64,000 bases of DNA from Coleofasciculus sp. B1-GNL1-01 (GCA_040220235.1 JAVJTO010000006.1); one strand, 5' to 3'; shown: positions 41,839-52,269, numbered from the stretch's first letter. The notes: a model not told the origin generated them from the letters alone. Numbers and translations are program-made.

Positions 41839-43287
41839 ATGCAACATTCTCAAGGTATTGCAGCTTACGAAACAGTAAATAATGGTTATATCAGACGGCG
41901 ACAACTTCAAGGAAATGCTGGTAGTTTACTCTTATGGGGTTTAGGGGTTGGTGCTGTTATCTCAGGTGATTTCTATGGTTGGAACTATGGTTTAGCCGCC
42001 GGAGGATTCTGGGGGTTCAGTATTGCCGCTGTCTTGATGGCAATTATGTATCTCTGTTTGGTCTATAGCAGTGCTGAACTCTCAGCCGTCCTCCCCCATG
42101 CGGGCGGATTCTACTCGTTCACCCGTTATGCCCTTGGTCCGTTTTGGGGCTTTATTTGTGGGATTACCGTCACGATTGAATATGTCCTGGCTAATGCGGC
42201 GCTGGTGTTCAGTTTAAGCAATTACCTCAAGCCTTTATTTCCCAATCTGCCCAGTTTTTTTATCTGGGTATTTGCCTACGCTGTGTTTTTGGCAATTAAT
42301 ATCCGAGGTTTTGAACTGAGTGTGACAGTCTGTCTTTGGCTAACCATCATCGCGATGACAGTATTAGGCATCTTTTATGTGAGTATGCTGGTTTCAGGTG
42401 AATTCAATTTTGACCTGCTGTTTAATATTCCGGCTGAACCGGGACAATCAGAAACCTGGTTACCGAATGGCTGGTTTGGAGTGTTTGGCGCGATTCCTTT
42501 TGCAATTTGGTTGTATCTGGCGATTGAACAATTACCGATGACGGCGGAGGAAACCGATAATGTGCCTCGAAATATGCCAACGGGAATGATTTCTGGTATG
42601 TTTACCCTGATTATTCTGTCAATTTTCACCGTAGTGATTAACTCCGGTGTTGGCGGGGGCGCGGTGGCGATTGGGCAATCCGATGCTCCCCTGCAAGATG
42701 GGTTAGAGGCTTATTTTGGCGTCGGCGCAACCAGTACTATTGTCACAGCACTGGCGCTAATTTGTGGTTTAATTGCCAGTCTCCACGGTAATATGTTTGC
42801 CTACGGACGGATTATTTTCTCCCTATCCCGTGCTGGGTATTTACCCCGTTGGTTATCAGTCACGAGTAAAAGTCATACCCCCCATCGGGCATTAATTGCC
42901 GGGGCGACGATTGGATTTATCTGTGTGCTACTGGTGAGTACTGGTATTCAAGCTGTCGATGCTGTGATTTTGAATATGGCTGTGTTTGGGGCATTAATTT
43001 CCTATATTTTGGTCATGGTTAGCTACATGAAGCTAAAAGGGAATCCCTATTTACCGAAACCCTACGAAAGCCCATTGGGAACAGCGGGAGCATTTGTGGG
43101 TTTGGCTTTAGCCACATTTGCCCTAGTTGCTTGTATTTCTATACCCGATTACCGAGGCGGTGTTTGGGGGATTGGCGTAGCGCTGATTGTGGCAAGTGTC
43201 TATTTTTTAGTGTTCCGCAGCAATCGACTGGTGGCTCAAGCCCCGGAAGAAGCGACGGCGTTGGGATTAACGGGGTATCAGGAGTAG
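41839..43287 (+). CDS. APC-superfamily permease, ethanolamine permease (Eat)-like
   Basis: About 12 TM; GLGVGAVISGDFYGWNYGLAAGG, ELS..PHAGG, WLYLAIE..AEE, SRAGYLP, PY.SP motifs as recalled for Eat-type permeases. Confidence 0.85.
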   Translation: MQHSQGIAAYETVNNGYIRRRQLQGNAGSLLLWGLGVGAVISGDFYGWNYGLAAGGFWGFSIAAVLMAIMYLCLVYSSAELSAVLPHAGGFYSFTRYALGPFWGFICGITVTIEYVLANAALVFSLSNYLKPLFPNLPSFFIWVFAYAVFLAINIRGFELSVTVCLWLTIIAMTVLGIFYVSMLVSGEFNFDLLFNIPAEPGQSETWLPNGWFGVFGAIPFAIWLYLAIEQLPMTAEETDNVPRNMPTGMISGMFTLIILSIFTVVINSGVGGGAVAIGQSDAPLQDGLEAYFGVGATSTIVTALALICGLIASLHGNMFAYGRIIFSLSRAGYLPRWLSVTSKSHTPHRALIAGATIGFICVLLVSTGIQAVDAVILNMAVFGALISYILVMVSYMKLKGNPYLPKPYESPLGTAGAFVGLALATFALVACISIPDYRGGVWGIGVALIVASVYFLVFRSNRLVAQAPEEATALGLTGYQE

Positions 43288-43980
43288 GGATTTGGTTACC
43301 AAACCCCTAGTGGTTGGGTTTCGCCGAGTAATTTTTTGAAGTTTTACCCAGGCTTTACCGTTGAACAACCATCTGTAGGGGCAATTCATGAATTGCTCCT
43401 ACTTCTTAATGTTTGTGTAGTGATTTACATCTTTTTTGGTCTAAAGTCAAATGATTTTTTTTAAAGACTGCGTAAAGTTCCCATCATCTTGTTGATCTGA
43501 GCAGGAAATTGGAATATTATACGAACAGATGAAATACAAGTCATACGCTTGTCTTACGGGCGACAAAAGCCGACCAACTCAATCGTGACCGATACTCTAT
43601 CCCTCTGGTATCGCTATGGCAGAAAAACTTTACTGTATTAAGCTTTGTAAATCGCCCTCAACCCCTTACTGTTCCCTGTTCCCTGTTAAGAGTTCCCTAC
43701 TCTCAACCGTTAACTTGAATTGTGTCCACCGACTTATCATACCGAAAGCAATATTGATTGGGGTTCTGACTAGAGTTTTATCCCCCTTGAGCATCAAATA
43801 TTCTCTATCGGATTTAACGTATTTTTGAGGAATAACTATTAAATTTATTTCTCAACTAAATTGCTGAATCTAATTGGGTAAAAGGGAATAAGTAGGTGAC
43901 ACTAAAAAAATTGCCCCCGGTATCAAATAAAAAAATAGCGAACAGCTATATTTTTAGTGGCACATCACCGAACCGAACTA

Positions 43981-44104
43981 AGCTGTTATGCATTTAAATT
44001 GGGTATTAGTAGCGAGCAAGATGCAAAGCCTGCGGCATGGCTTCGCTAAACGCACTACAAGGCTTTCACCCTTATTGACATTAAGGTTGAAATGCCGGAC
44101 AGCT
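43981..44104. mobile_element. Second, inverted copy of the AGCTGT-TIR MITE with a nested insertion of about 25 bp
   Basis: Reverse complement of 15690-15791, flanked by TA; 43 bp upstream of the NRPS start. Confidence 0.65.
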
Positions 44105-44147
44105 TAAACCTAAAAAAGACCACTGTAAACCTGTTTCAAGGGAAACT

Positions 44148-47100
44148 ATGATGAATCGTTCCTTTCAATCATCATTAGAAATTGAGCAACTCTACGGTAT
44201 TCCTGAACCAAATAAAAAACGTGAATTACAGCAGCGACTTGAACAGTTAAACCAAACTCAAACTTACTATCCCGCCGATTACTGTATTCATCAATTAATT
44301 GAACAAGCAGAGCGTCGCACACCAGACAAAATCGCGATTCGGTTTGACGGGCAAACCCTAACCTATCGGGAGTTGAACCGCCGCGCCAACCAGGTTGCCC
44401 ACTACTTACAAACGCTACAGGTTAAACCCGATGTACTGGTGGGGATATGTCTAGAGCGATCGCTCGATATGATCGTGGGTTTATTGGGGATTCTCAAAGC
44501 TGGAGGTGCTTATGTTCCCCTTGATCCCGCCTATCCTCAAGAACGATTAGCCCTGATGATTGAGGATTCCCAAGTCCCTGTCATCGTCACCGAACAAGAC
44601 CAACTGATAAGATTACCCGACACCCAAGCCCAAGTGGTTTGCTTAGATAGCGATCGACAGACCATTACCCAACATAGTTCAGAGAATTTAGACAGTGGTG
44701 TCACGCCTGACAACTTAGCCTACACCATCTATACCTCCGGCTCAACCGGGAAACCCAAAGGCGTCCAAGTGCTGCATCGTGGGGTGGTCAATTTCCTCAC
44801 CTCAATGAGTATCGCCCCTGGACTTACTCCAAAAGACACCCTGCTGGCTGTCACCACCATCTGCTTCGACATTGCCGCATTGGAACTGTATTTACCCTTA
44901 ATCGTTGGTGCTGATATTGTCTTAGTCACGCGAGATGTCGCCGCTGATGCAACTCAGTTAATCCCGGTTTTGCAAGAATCCGGGGCTACCGTCATGCAAG
45001 CCACCCCCGCCACTTGGCGGATGTTATTAGCCGCAGGTTGGCAGGGAAATCCCCAGCTTAAAATTCTTTGTGGGGGGGAACCCATGTCCCGCGAATTGGC
45101 GCGTCAACTCTTAGAACGCAGTGCTTCCCTGTGGAATATGTACGGACCGACGGAAACCACGATCTGGTCAGCCGTGCATCAGGTAGAATCGGCGGACAAG
45201 ACTATTCCCATTGGTCGCCCCATTGCCAATACCCAAATATATCTGGCTCATTCTGAGCAAAATTCATCTGACCCGATTAAATTTGTCCCAGTAGAAGAAC
45301 CGGGAGAATTGCTGATTGGTGGGGTTGGTTTAGCACGAGGGTATCTTAACCGACCTGACTTAACTGATGAACGATTTATTCCCGATCCCTTTAGTTCAGA
45401 ACCGGGTGCCCGTCTCTATCGCACCGGAGACTTAGCCCGGTACTTACCCGATGGGACTCTGGAATGCTTAGGTCGCTTGGATCATCAGGTGAAAATTCGC
45501 GGCTTTCGGATTGAACTGGGTGAGATTGAATCCGCCCTCTATCAACATCCGGGTATCCGAGACGCGGTGGTTGTCGCCCGTGATGACAGTTCGGGCGAAA
45601 AGCGCTTAGTTGCCTATCTCGTCAGTGACTTAGACGTTGAAAATGTTCCCCTAGAAACAAAATGCTGGGTAGCGTGTGAGGGAAATCCAGAAATTGAATT
45701 AACCACCAGCAATTTCTCGGTCAATAGTATTCGGTTACTTCATGCTCCCGCCTCCTGGCGAAACGGTCAATCCTTGACGCTGCGTTGCCAGTTTCCTGGC
45801 GTTCCCGATGAACTTCAACTTACTGGAACCATCGCTACAAAAGCCCTGGAATGGGTAGATGTTTCCCTAGACACCACCTCCAGCCAACAGACATGTTTAC
45901 GTCAGAGTATCAAACACATTGCCCAAACCCAGGGATTAGCCGTTCATGACTTACGCCGCAAAGAACCCCGCACCCCGCTAACGATTAATTGTCTGGCGGA
46001 ATTAGAATCGGGTGAAAAAGTCCAGGTGATAACGCAAAATATTAGCCAAGAGGGAATTTGCTTAAAGGCAACAACGGCTAATCCCTGGCAAATCGATCAG
46101 CGCCTATTACTCCGATTACAATTACCCGGAGGTGAAACCCCGTTATGGTTGCAAGGTCATATTGTCTGGCAGTTTGAAGACTATGTTGGCGTCCAGTTTG
46201 ATACTACAACCAGCCAGAAGGCGAAACTCCATCGCAGCTTAGGCAATTTGCGGACAGAACCCCGTATTCCCCTCCAGATCAAGGGTCGGGCGGAATTTGA
46301 GTCGGGTCAACAAGTGGAAGTGATCACGCAAAACTTCAGCCGCAATGGGATTAGCTTAAAGGCGCTCACCCCGACATTTTGGCACAACAATCAACCTGTA
46401 CTTTTGCGGGTACAACTGCCAGGGGTGGACAATCCCTTGTGGCTGCAAGGCACTGTGGTTTGGCATGTTGAGGAAAACGCTGGGGTGATTTTTGAGACCA
46501 CACCCACCCAGCAGGAGCAAATCCATCAGAGTATTGAGCTGATCGTTAAAACTCAAGGATTATCGCTGGCGCAGTTGCGATCGTTCCTGAGTGATAAGCT
46601 ACCGACTTATATGGTGCCCTCAACCTTTGTGTTAGTAGATAGCCTGCCCCTAACACCCAACCGTAAAGTCGATCGCAAGGCGTTACCTGACCCCAACCAA
46701 GCGCAACAGGTGGCTCAGGATACCTTCGTCGCACCGCGCACACCTGTTGAACAGGAGTTAGCCCAAATCTGGGCAACTGTACTCGATGTTGAGCGTGTGG
46801 GTGTGTATGACAACTTCTTTGAACTAGGGGGACATTCGCTGCTGACAGCGCAACTGTTATCGCAGGTGCGAGAACAATTCCAGGTGGAGTTACCGTTGTT
46901 TGCTCTGTTTGAAGCGCCGACTGTAGCGGAACTGGCTCAAACGATTACCGCCAAGACTAACGCTGATCCGTCTCAACCGGAAGGGGATGGGACAACGGTG
47001 ACGGGTACAATCGCGGTCACGAATTTAGCCAACGATGCGGTTTTGGATGAGACGATTTATCCAGAAAAGCCCTATCGTCAGCCAGACACTGCACCGGAAA

Positions 47101-48200
47101 AGATTTTGATTACAGGCGCGTCAGGTTTTCTGGGAGCGTTTTTATTGCGGGAATTACTCCAGCATACGAATGCTACCGTCTATTGCTTAGTCCGTGCCAA
47201 AACGCTGGAGGCGGGTCAGCAAAAAATTGCCGCGAGTTTCAACCGCTATTTACTTTCATCAGATAAGTTGGAGTCGCGGGTTGTCCCGGTGTTGGGTGAT
47301 TTAGCTCAACCGAGGTTGGGACTATCAGAGTCGCAGTACGAAGCGTTAACTCGCGAGATTGACTGTATCTATCACAATGGGGCGTTTGTCAACTTAATTT
47401 ATCCCTACAGCGCCTTGCGATCGGCAAATGTCCTGGGAACTCAGGAAATTCTCAAATTAGCCAGTAAAACCAAGGTCAAACCCGTTCACTTTGTCTCAAC
47501 GCTGGATGTGTTTCAATCGCCGCGCTATGCTCAGATGTCGGTGATTTTAGAACAGGATAGCTTGGAATCAGGGGATGACCTGTCTGATGGTTATGCTCAA
47601 AGTAAATGGGTGGGTGAGAAGTTAGTTAAACAGGCACACGCACGGGGGATTCCGGCGTCGATTTACCGACCGGGTATGATTACCGGACATAGCCAAACCG
47701 GGGCGTCTCAACAGGGGGATCTAATTGACCGATTAATTAAAGGGTTGATTCAATTGGGAAGTGCGCCGGAGTTGGACTTAAATCTCAGTTTGACTCCTGT
47801 AGACTATGTGTCCCAAGCGATCGCCCATCTGTCCCAGCAACCGGATTTATTCGGTCAATCGTTTCACTTGGTTAGTCCGGAGATGGTATCCTTACAGCAA
47901 CTCGTGGACGAAATTCGGGCTATTGGTCATCCAATTGAATGGATGGATTATTCTACCTGGCAAGATAAGCTGGTTCAGGTTGCCAGTTCCCAGCCTGACA
48001 ATGCGTTGAGTCCATTGGTGTTCCTGTTTACTCAATGGGTTGGTGAAAGCCAACGCCCCTATCTGGAAACAGCGGCTTTAGTCTCTCAGGCGTTTGATTC
48101 CCAGAATACGTTAGCGGGTTTAGCCGGAACGAATATTGTCTGTCCGTCAGTTAATAGTCAGGTGATTCGGGCTTATCTGAACTATAACCAGTTGGTTTGA
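44148..48200 (+). CDS. Stand-alone NRPS-like reductase: A(Gly) interrupted by three PilZ domains, PCP, thioester reductase
   Basis: A3 YTSGSTGKPKG, A5 NMYGPTE, A7 YRTGDL, A8 GRLDHQVKIRGFRIELGEIE, insertion of about 310 aa, A9 LPTYMVP, A10 NRKVDR; PCP DNFFELGGHSL; R domain TGASGFLG, YAQSK. Confidence 0.93.
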   Translation: MMNRSFQSSLEIEQLYGIPEPNKKRELQQRLEQLNQTQTYYPADYCIHQLIEQAERRTPDKIAIRFDGQTLTYRELNRRANQVAHYLQTLQVKPDVLVGICLERSLDMIVGLLGILKAGGAYVPLDPAYPQERLALMIEDSQVPVIVTEQDQLIRLPDTQAQVVCLDSDRQTITQHSSENLDSGVTPDNLAYTIYTSGSTGKPKGVQVLHRGVVNFLTSMSIAPGLTPKDTLLAVTTICFDIAALELYLPLIVGADIVLVTRDVAADATQLIPVLQESGATVMQATPATWRMLLAAGWQGNPQLKILCGGEPMSRELARQLLERSASLWNMYGPTETTIWSAVHQVESADKTIPIGRPIANTQIYLAHSEQNSSDPIKFVPVEEPGELLIGGVGLARGYLNRPDLTDERFIPDPFSSEPGARLYRTGDLARYLPDGTLECLGRLDHQVKIRGFRIELGEIESALYQHPGIRDAVVVARDDSSGEKRLVAYLVSDLDVENVPLETKCWVACEGNPEIELTTSNFSVNSIRLLHAPASWRNGQSLTLRCQFPGVPDELQLTGTIATKALEWVDVSLDTTSSQQTCLRQSIKHIAQTQGLAVHDLRRKEPRTPLTINCLAELESGEKVQVITQNISQEGICLKATTANPWQIDQRLLLRLQLPGGETPLWLQGHIVWQFEDYVGVQFDTTTSQKAKLHRSLGNLRTEPRIPLQIKGRAEFESGQQVEVITQNFSRNGISLKALTPTFWHNNQPVLLRVQLPGVDNPLWLQGTVVWHVEENAGVIFETTPTQQEQIHQSIELIVKTQGLSLAQLRSFLSDKLPTYMVPSTFVLVDSLPLTPNRKVDRKALPDPNQAQQVAQDTFVAPRTPVEQELAQIWATVLDVERVGVYDNFFELGGHSLLTAQLLSQVREQFQVELPLFALFEAPTVAELAQTITAKTNADPSQPEGDGTTVTGTIAVTNLANDAVLDETIYPEKPYRQPDTAPEKILITGASGFLGAFLLRELLQHTNATVYCLVRAKTLEAGQQKIAASFNRYLLSSDKLESRVVPVLGDLAQPRLGLSESQYEALTREIDCIYHNGAFVNLIYPYSALRSANVLGTQEILKLASKTKVKPVHFVSTLDVFQSPRYAQMSVILEQDSLESGDDLSDGYAQSKWVGEKLVKQAHARGIPASIYRPGMITGHSQTGASQQGDLIDRLIKGLIQLGSAPELDLNLSLTPVDYVSQAIAHLSQQPDLFGQSFHLVSPEMVSLQQLVDEIRAIGHPIEWMDYSTWQDKLVQVASSQPDNALSPLVFLFTQWVGESQRPYLETAALVSQAFDSQNTLAGLAGTNIVCPSVNSQVIRAYLNYNQLV

Positions 48201-48221
48201 CATAATTGCTGGATAACGACC

Positions 48222-48254
48222 AGATCCCCGACTTCTTGAAGAAGTCGGGGATCT
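48222..48254. repeat. Palindrome AGATCCCCGACTTCT-TGA-AGAAGTCGGGGATCT after the NRPS gene (repeat, possible terminator)
   Basis: 15-bp perfect stem; a related hairpin lies near 61887-61915. Confidence 0.65.
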
Positions 48255-48516
48255 AATTATCGTATCTGCCAATTGAGTATAGGGCGACCCGATCTAATTG
48301 AGTGGATACAGGTGTTCATTGAGGCAAGCGGGTCGCCCCTACAGGGGGAATCTCAGATGTGTGTTTGATCTATACACACCATAAGCGCGATCGCGGAAAT
48401 CTTATCGTCTCGGAAAAACTTGACCTGCTTCAATTTGCAGACAACCAACGACCCTTATAATGGGTAAAAGAATGTAAAGAAGTAATAACGACAAGATTTA
48501 GGGACACTTACCTATT

Positions 48517-48879
48517 GTGTTTGTTCTTAGCGGCTACGAATATTTCCTAGGGTTCTTACTGGCAAGCAGTTTAGTCCCCGTCCTCGCACTAGCAGCCTCA
48601 AAGCTGCTGCGACCCAGCATCCGTGACCCCGAACGCCGGACGACCTACGAATCTGGCATGGAACCGATTGGGGGCGCTTGGATTCAGTTCAATATCCGGT
48701 ACTATATGTTTGCCCTGGTCTTTGTGATTTTCGATGTAGAGACCGTGTTTCTCTATCCCTGGGCAGTGGCATTCAATCAGCTAGGACTACTAGCGTTTAT
48801 CGAAGCACTCATCTTTATTGCAATTCTCGTCGTTGCCCTCGTTTACGCTTGGCGCAAAGGAGCTTTAGAATGGTCGTAA
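48517..48879 (+). CDS. ndhC: NDH-1 subunit 3
   Basis: [42 protein letters not shown]. Confidence 0.98.
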   Translation: MFVLSGYEYFLGFLLASSLVPVLALAASKLLRPSIRDPERRTTYESGMEPIGGAWIQFNIRYYMFALVFVIFDVETVFLYPWAVAFNQLGLLAFIEALIFIAILVVALVYAWRKGALEWS

Positions 48880-49324
48880 ACTACCCCGTCCATGGTTAGG
48901 CATGGAAGAGGCTTTCCAAAAGCCTATGTTTACCAGCCTAAGTTCTGCCTTGAACTACGTTATGTCTAAGTGTTAAAGTTCGTACCTACAGATGCGTAGC
49001 TAGTCTGTAGCTCTACAACTCCAGCATTAAACAGGTTATAGGGAAAAGCCAGTGTGTTGGAGAAAGTACCGAGACATAACTTTGGCGAAGCTAACGTTAC
49101 CCCGACAGGGAGGGGCGCAAGCCCAATCAAACAACCCATATCCGTACAGGTTAAAAGCACGAGGAAAGTAACTACCCAGGCGACAGGCAAGGGCAATATG
49201 CCGAACGTCGGCGAGTAAATCCAAGGCGGTAGGGGTTTAGAGATTTTTGTACTTTACCTAGGAGGCGCGGCTTTCTAACTGCCCATACTATCTATGGATG
49301 AGGTATCCAGTCGCGAATATTTGG
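48876..49324 (+). mobile_element. Non-autonomous IS200/IS605 element carrying an IscB-type (HEARO-like) omegaRNA and no nuclease ORF
   Basis: Starts GTAAACTACCCCG; omegaRNA-like motifs ACCAGCCTAAG, CTACGTT, GCTCT, CATTAAACAG, GGCGAAGCTAAC; hairpins at both ends; removing it restores the ndhC/ndhK overlap. Confidence 0.8.
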
Positions 49325-50068
49325 ATGAATACAGATACAGCAAACGCGGCACCCCAAAAGCCGCAACCCAAAGAAAAAATTCTCAATCCCATCAGTCGTC
49401 CTCAGGTCACGCAAGACCTCTCAGAAAACGTCATTTTGACGACAGTAGACGACCTCTATAACTGGGCTAGGCTGTCCAGCCTGTGGCCCATGATGTATGG
49501 CACCGCCTGCTGTTTCATTGAATTTGCGGCGATGATTGGGTCTCGGTTCGACTTTGACCGATTCGGATTAGTGCCGCGTTCGAGTCCCCGACAAGCGGAT
49601 TTGATTATTACTGCTGGTACAATCACGATGAAAATGGCACCGGCGTTGGTGCGTCTGTATGAGCAAATGCCGGAACCCAAATATGCGATGGCAATGGGGG
49701 CTTGTACAATTACCGGGGGGATGTTCAGCGTCGATTCGACAACCGCCGTGCGGGGTGTGGATAAGTTGATTCCTGTGGATGTTTATATTCCTGGCTGTCC
49801 ACCTCGTCCCGAAGCAATTATGGATGCGATCGTTAAACTTCGTAAGAAGGTGGCAAATGAGTCTATCCAGGAACGGGCAACTCTGAGTCCAACCCACCGC
49901 TATTACAGCACCACTCATAGCATGAAGGTTGTACCCGATATTCTCACAGGTCAATACTTGCGGTCTGAAAATCGCCACACTCCACCGAAGGAGTTAACCG
50001 AAGCGATGGGAATGCCTGTACCCCCCGCACTGAAGTCTTCTCAACAGCAGGAGGTCAATCGTGGCTGA
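49325..50068 (+). CDS. ndhK: NDH-1 subunit K
   Basis: [30 protein letters not shown]; start taken at ATG 49325. Confidence 0.97.
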   Translation: MNTDTANAAPQKPQPKEKILNPISRPQVTQDLSENVILTTVDDLYNWARLSSLWPMMYGTACCFIEFAAMIGSRFDFDRFGLVPRSSPRQADLIITAGTITMKMAPALVRLYEQMPEPKYAMAMGACTITGGMFSVDSTTAVRGVDKLIPVDVYIPGCPPRPEAIMDAIVKLRKKVANESIQERATLSPTHRYYSTTHSMKVVPDILTGQYLRSENRHTPPKELTEAMGMPVPPALKSSQQQEVNRG

Positions 50069-50597
50069 AGAAGAGTCCAAAGAACAGACCCAAGAAAATA
50101 CGGAAGAATCCCCACTCGCTGAGACAGGAGAAGTCCACGGCTGGCTGAAGGAAAACGGCTTTGAAACCGAGTTAATGGAACCGGATCACCTGGGAATTGA
50201 GGTGATTAAGGTACAACCCGAGGTCTTGATTCCCGTTGCCACGGCTCTGTATGCTTATGGGTTTAACTACCTGCAATGTCAAGGGGGTTATGATGTCGGT
50301 CCTGGCGAAGAGTTGGTCAGCTTCTACCATTTAATTAAGATCAGCGATGATGCTGAGCAACCTGAAGAAGTCCGGGTGAAGGTATTTCTACCACGAGAGA
50401 ATCCCAGCGTGCCATCTGTCTATTGGATTTGGAAGAGTGCTGACTGGCAAGAACGGGAAACCTACGATATGTTCGGCATTGTCTATGAAGGACACCCCAA
50501 CTTGAAGCGGATTTTGATGCCGGAAGATTGGGTAGGCTGGCCCCTGCGGAAGGATTATATCTCGCCTGACTTCTATGAATTGCAGGATGCTTATTAA
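50061..50597 (+). CDS. ndhJ: NDH-1 subunit J
   Basis: [42 protein letters not shown]. Confidence 0.97.
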   Translation: MAEEESKEQTQENTEESPLAETGEVHGWLKENGFETELMEPDHLGIEVIKVQPEVLIPVATALYAYGFNYLQCQGGYDVGPGEELVSFYHLIKISDDAEQPEEVRVKVFLPRENPSVPSVYWIWKSADWQERETYDMFGIVYEGHPNLKRILMPEDWVGWPLRKDYISPDFYELQDAY

Positions 50598-50718
50598 TTT
50601 GAGCAACTCCTTCCAATCTTAAAAAGTAGTGCGAGCATCTTGCTCGCCTACTTTTAAACAAGAGTAAGTAAAGTCAGACCATAATTGTTACAGGTAGCTT
50701 TGCGAGCCAAATAATTGG

Positions 50719-50904
50719 TTAAAGATTACCGCTTGATTCAGGAAATGTTCGCTTGAATTCCTCAATTAAATCGTCTAGTTCTTCGAGGGCTTGATTAACA
50801 TCGATTCTCAGAGTACCTAAATTTGGTTCCTCCAACAGTTTGACGAGAAACTCTCGCTTGCTCTCAATGACAGTTATGCGCTCTCGCATGGCTTGTGAGT
50901 CCAT
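50719..50904 (-). CDS. Small conserved hypothetical protein
   Basis: LLEEPNLGTLRIDVNQALEELDDLIEEF helical motif; AAAGGA SD-like sequence upstream. Confidence 0.7.
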   Translation of the reverse strand: MDSQAMRERITVIESKREFLVKLLEEPNLGTLRIDVNQALEELDDLIEEFKRTFPESSGNL

Positions 50905-51147
50905 AATTCCTATCCTTTAGTTTCGCTATTTCTCTAATTGGCAAACCAACAATGATATAAGTTGAGGCGTTCCCTCAACCCAGGCATATCAACGATCTGT
51001 GGAGAGGTACACCCAAACAATAGACCGATTTCCTGGGTCGTACATCTGCCATAACTAAATAGTAGCATGCTGTTGTTTTATCCTTCCCATAAGCAAGGAA
51101 TAAGTTTCCAGGATTTCAGTTGATGATTTAATTACTGAACTGGTATC

Positions 51148-51408
51148 CTAGCTGAGGAAAGGAGGACGTTTGGATTTAGTTGGTTTATTTTTAATCACTT
51201 CAGCAATAAATCGCTTTAATGCCTTTTCTCGATTTTTCATAAACGCTGACCAAAAGCCGGGATAAAATTCATCCATGGTTTTTGCCAACGCCCAAACATC
51301 AACAGCCAGAATATTATTTAGGGTTTCATCCTCACGCTTTAACGAATCAAGCTGATCGCGAAAACGGTGCTTGTTTGAGGATGCTTGTTGCTTTTTTTCT
51401 TGAATCAT
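51148..51408 (-). CDS. Small hypothetical protein
   Basis: 86-aa ORF with LAVDVWALAKTMD..PGFWSAFMKNR. Confidence 0.65.
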   Translation of the reverse strand: MIQEKKQQASSNKHRFRDQLDSLKREDETLNNILAVDVWALAKTMDEFYPGFWSAFMKNREKALKRFIAEVIKNKPTKSKRPPFLS

Positions 51409-51723
51409 TTTAAAAAATGCTGCAATAGAGACAACGGCAGACTAAACAAAACTGGGCTTATAAAAACTGTTTACATACCATGCTACAGAGAAGGCAGGGC
51501 TTCTGCCGACACAGCGATCGCGCTACGAGAGAGCGAATTTGCCTAGTATAACGAAGACAATACGACGTTGACGCTTTTGCCTTTGCTCCCCTAGAGCAAT
51601 TCAGGCAAGATCCACAAGATCCAAGAGCTAAAACATGGATGTTCTGCACCCGATCATTTCCCATGCCACCCCTTGACCCGATAATAAAGCTAAAGTGATT
51701 GTTGTGTAGATAGTTAAATTAAG

Positions 51724-52269
51724 ATGTTACGCAAAATTTCCTTGGGAACAGTAGGATTGTGGGTTGGGGGAGTACTGACCATCATCGGCTTTGTGGCTTA
51801 TGCCACCGAGAACGCGACCTTAAATTTAGTGGGATTTTTCTACGGCGTCCCCATCTTACTGGGCGGTTTTGCCCTGAAAGCCGCCGAACTCAAGCCTGTA
51901 CCTTTAAGTCAACCCACACCACCGGACGTGTTGCAACAGCGACAGCAGACAGCTACTCCCATTCAAAACCAAATTCGCCAAGATGTGATGCGTTATCGTT
52001 ACGGTCAAGACGCTCACCTCGATAGCTCCCTGGAAAGTTTGGGTCTATCACCTAGCGATGAGGAACGACCAGACCTCAATAGTTTACGAGAAACTGTAGT
52101 GGATGGTGCTTACACGTTAGTACTGGAATTTTACTCGCCGCTGATTCCCTTTGAAACATGGGAACAAAAGCGGGAAAAAATAGAAAAATTCTTTGGTCCG
52201 AATATCCGAGTTGAATTGAGCCAACCTGAAGAAGACCAGGTTGATGTGGCGTTGATTGCTGCACCTTAA
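51724..52269 (+). CDS. DUF2854 family protein
   Basis: Two TM, YGVPILLGG.ALKAAELKP, RYRYGQDAHL, FFGP. Confidence 0.85.
   Translation: MLRKISLGTVGLWVGGVLTIIGFVAYATENATLNLVGFFYGVPILLGGFALKAAELKPVPLSQPTPPDVLQQRQQTATPIQNQIRQDVMRYRYGQDAHLDSSLESLGLSPSDEERPDLNSLRETVVDGAYTLVLEFYSPLIPFETWEQKREKIEKFFGPNIRVELSQPEEDQVDVALIAAP

Noticed and set aside
43500..43620. c-di-GMP or guanidine riboswitch upstream of the NRPS
   Set aside because: Only a short GACAAAAGCC resemblance; the required consensus helices could not be built.
44075..44116. MITE-supplied promoter (TTGACA) for the NRPS
   Set aside because: No acceptable -10 hexamer at 16-18 bp spacing.
48966..49324. Short ORFs 48966-49196 and 49036-49224, and the extended ndhK start at 49298
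   Set aside because: All lie within the omegaRNA element; the extra ndhK residues are IS-derived.
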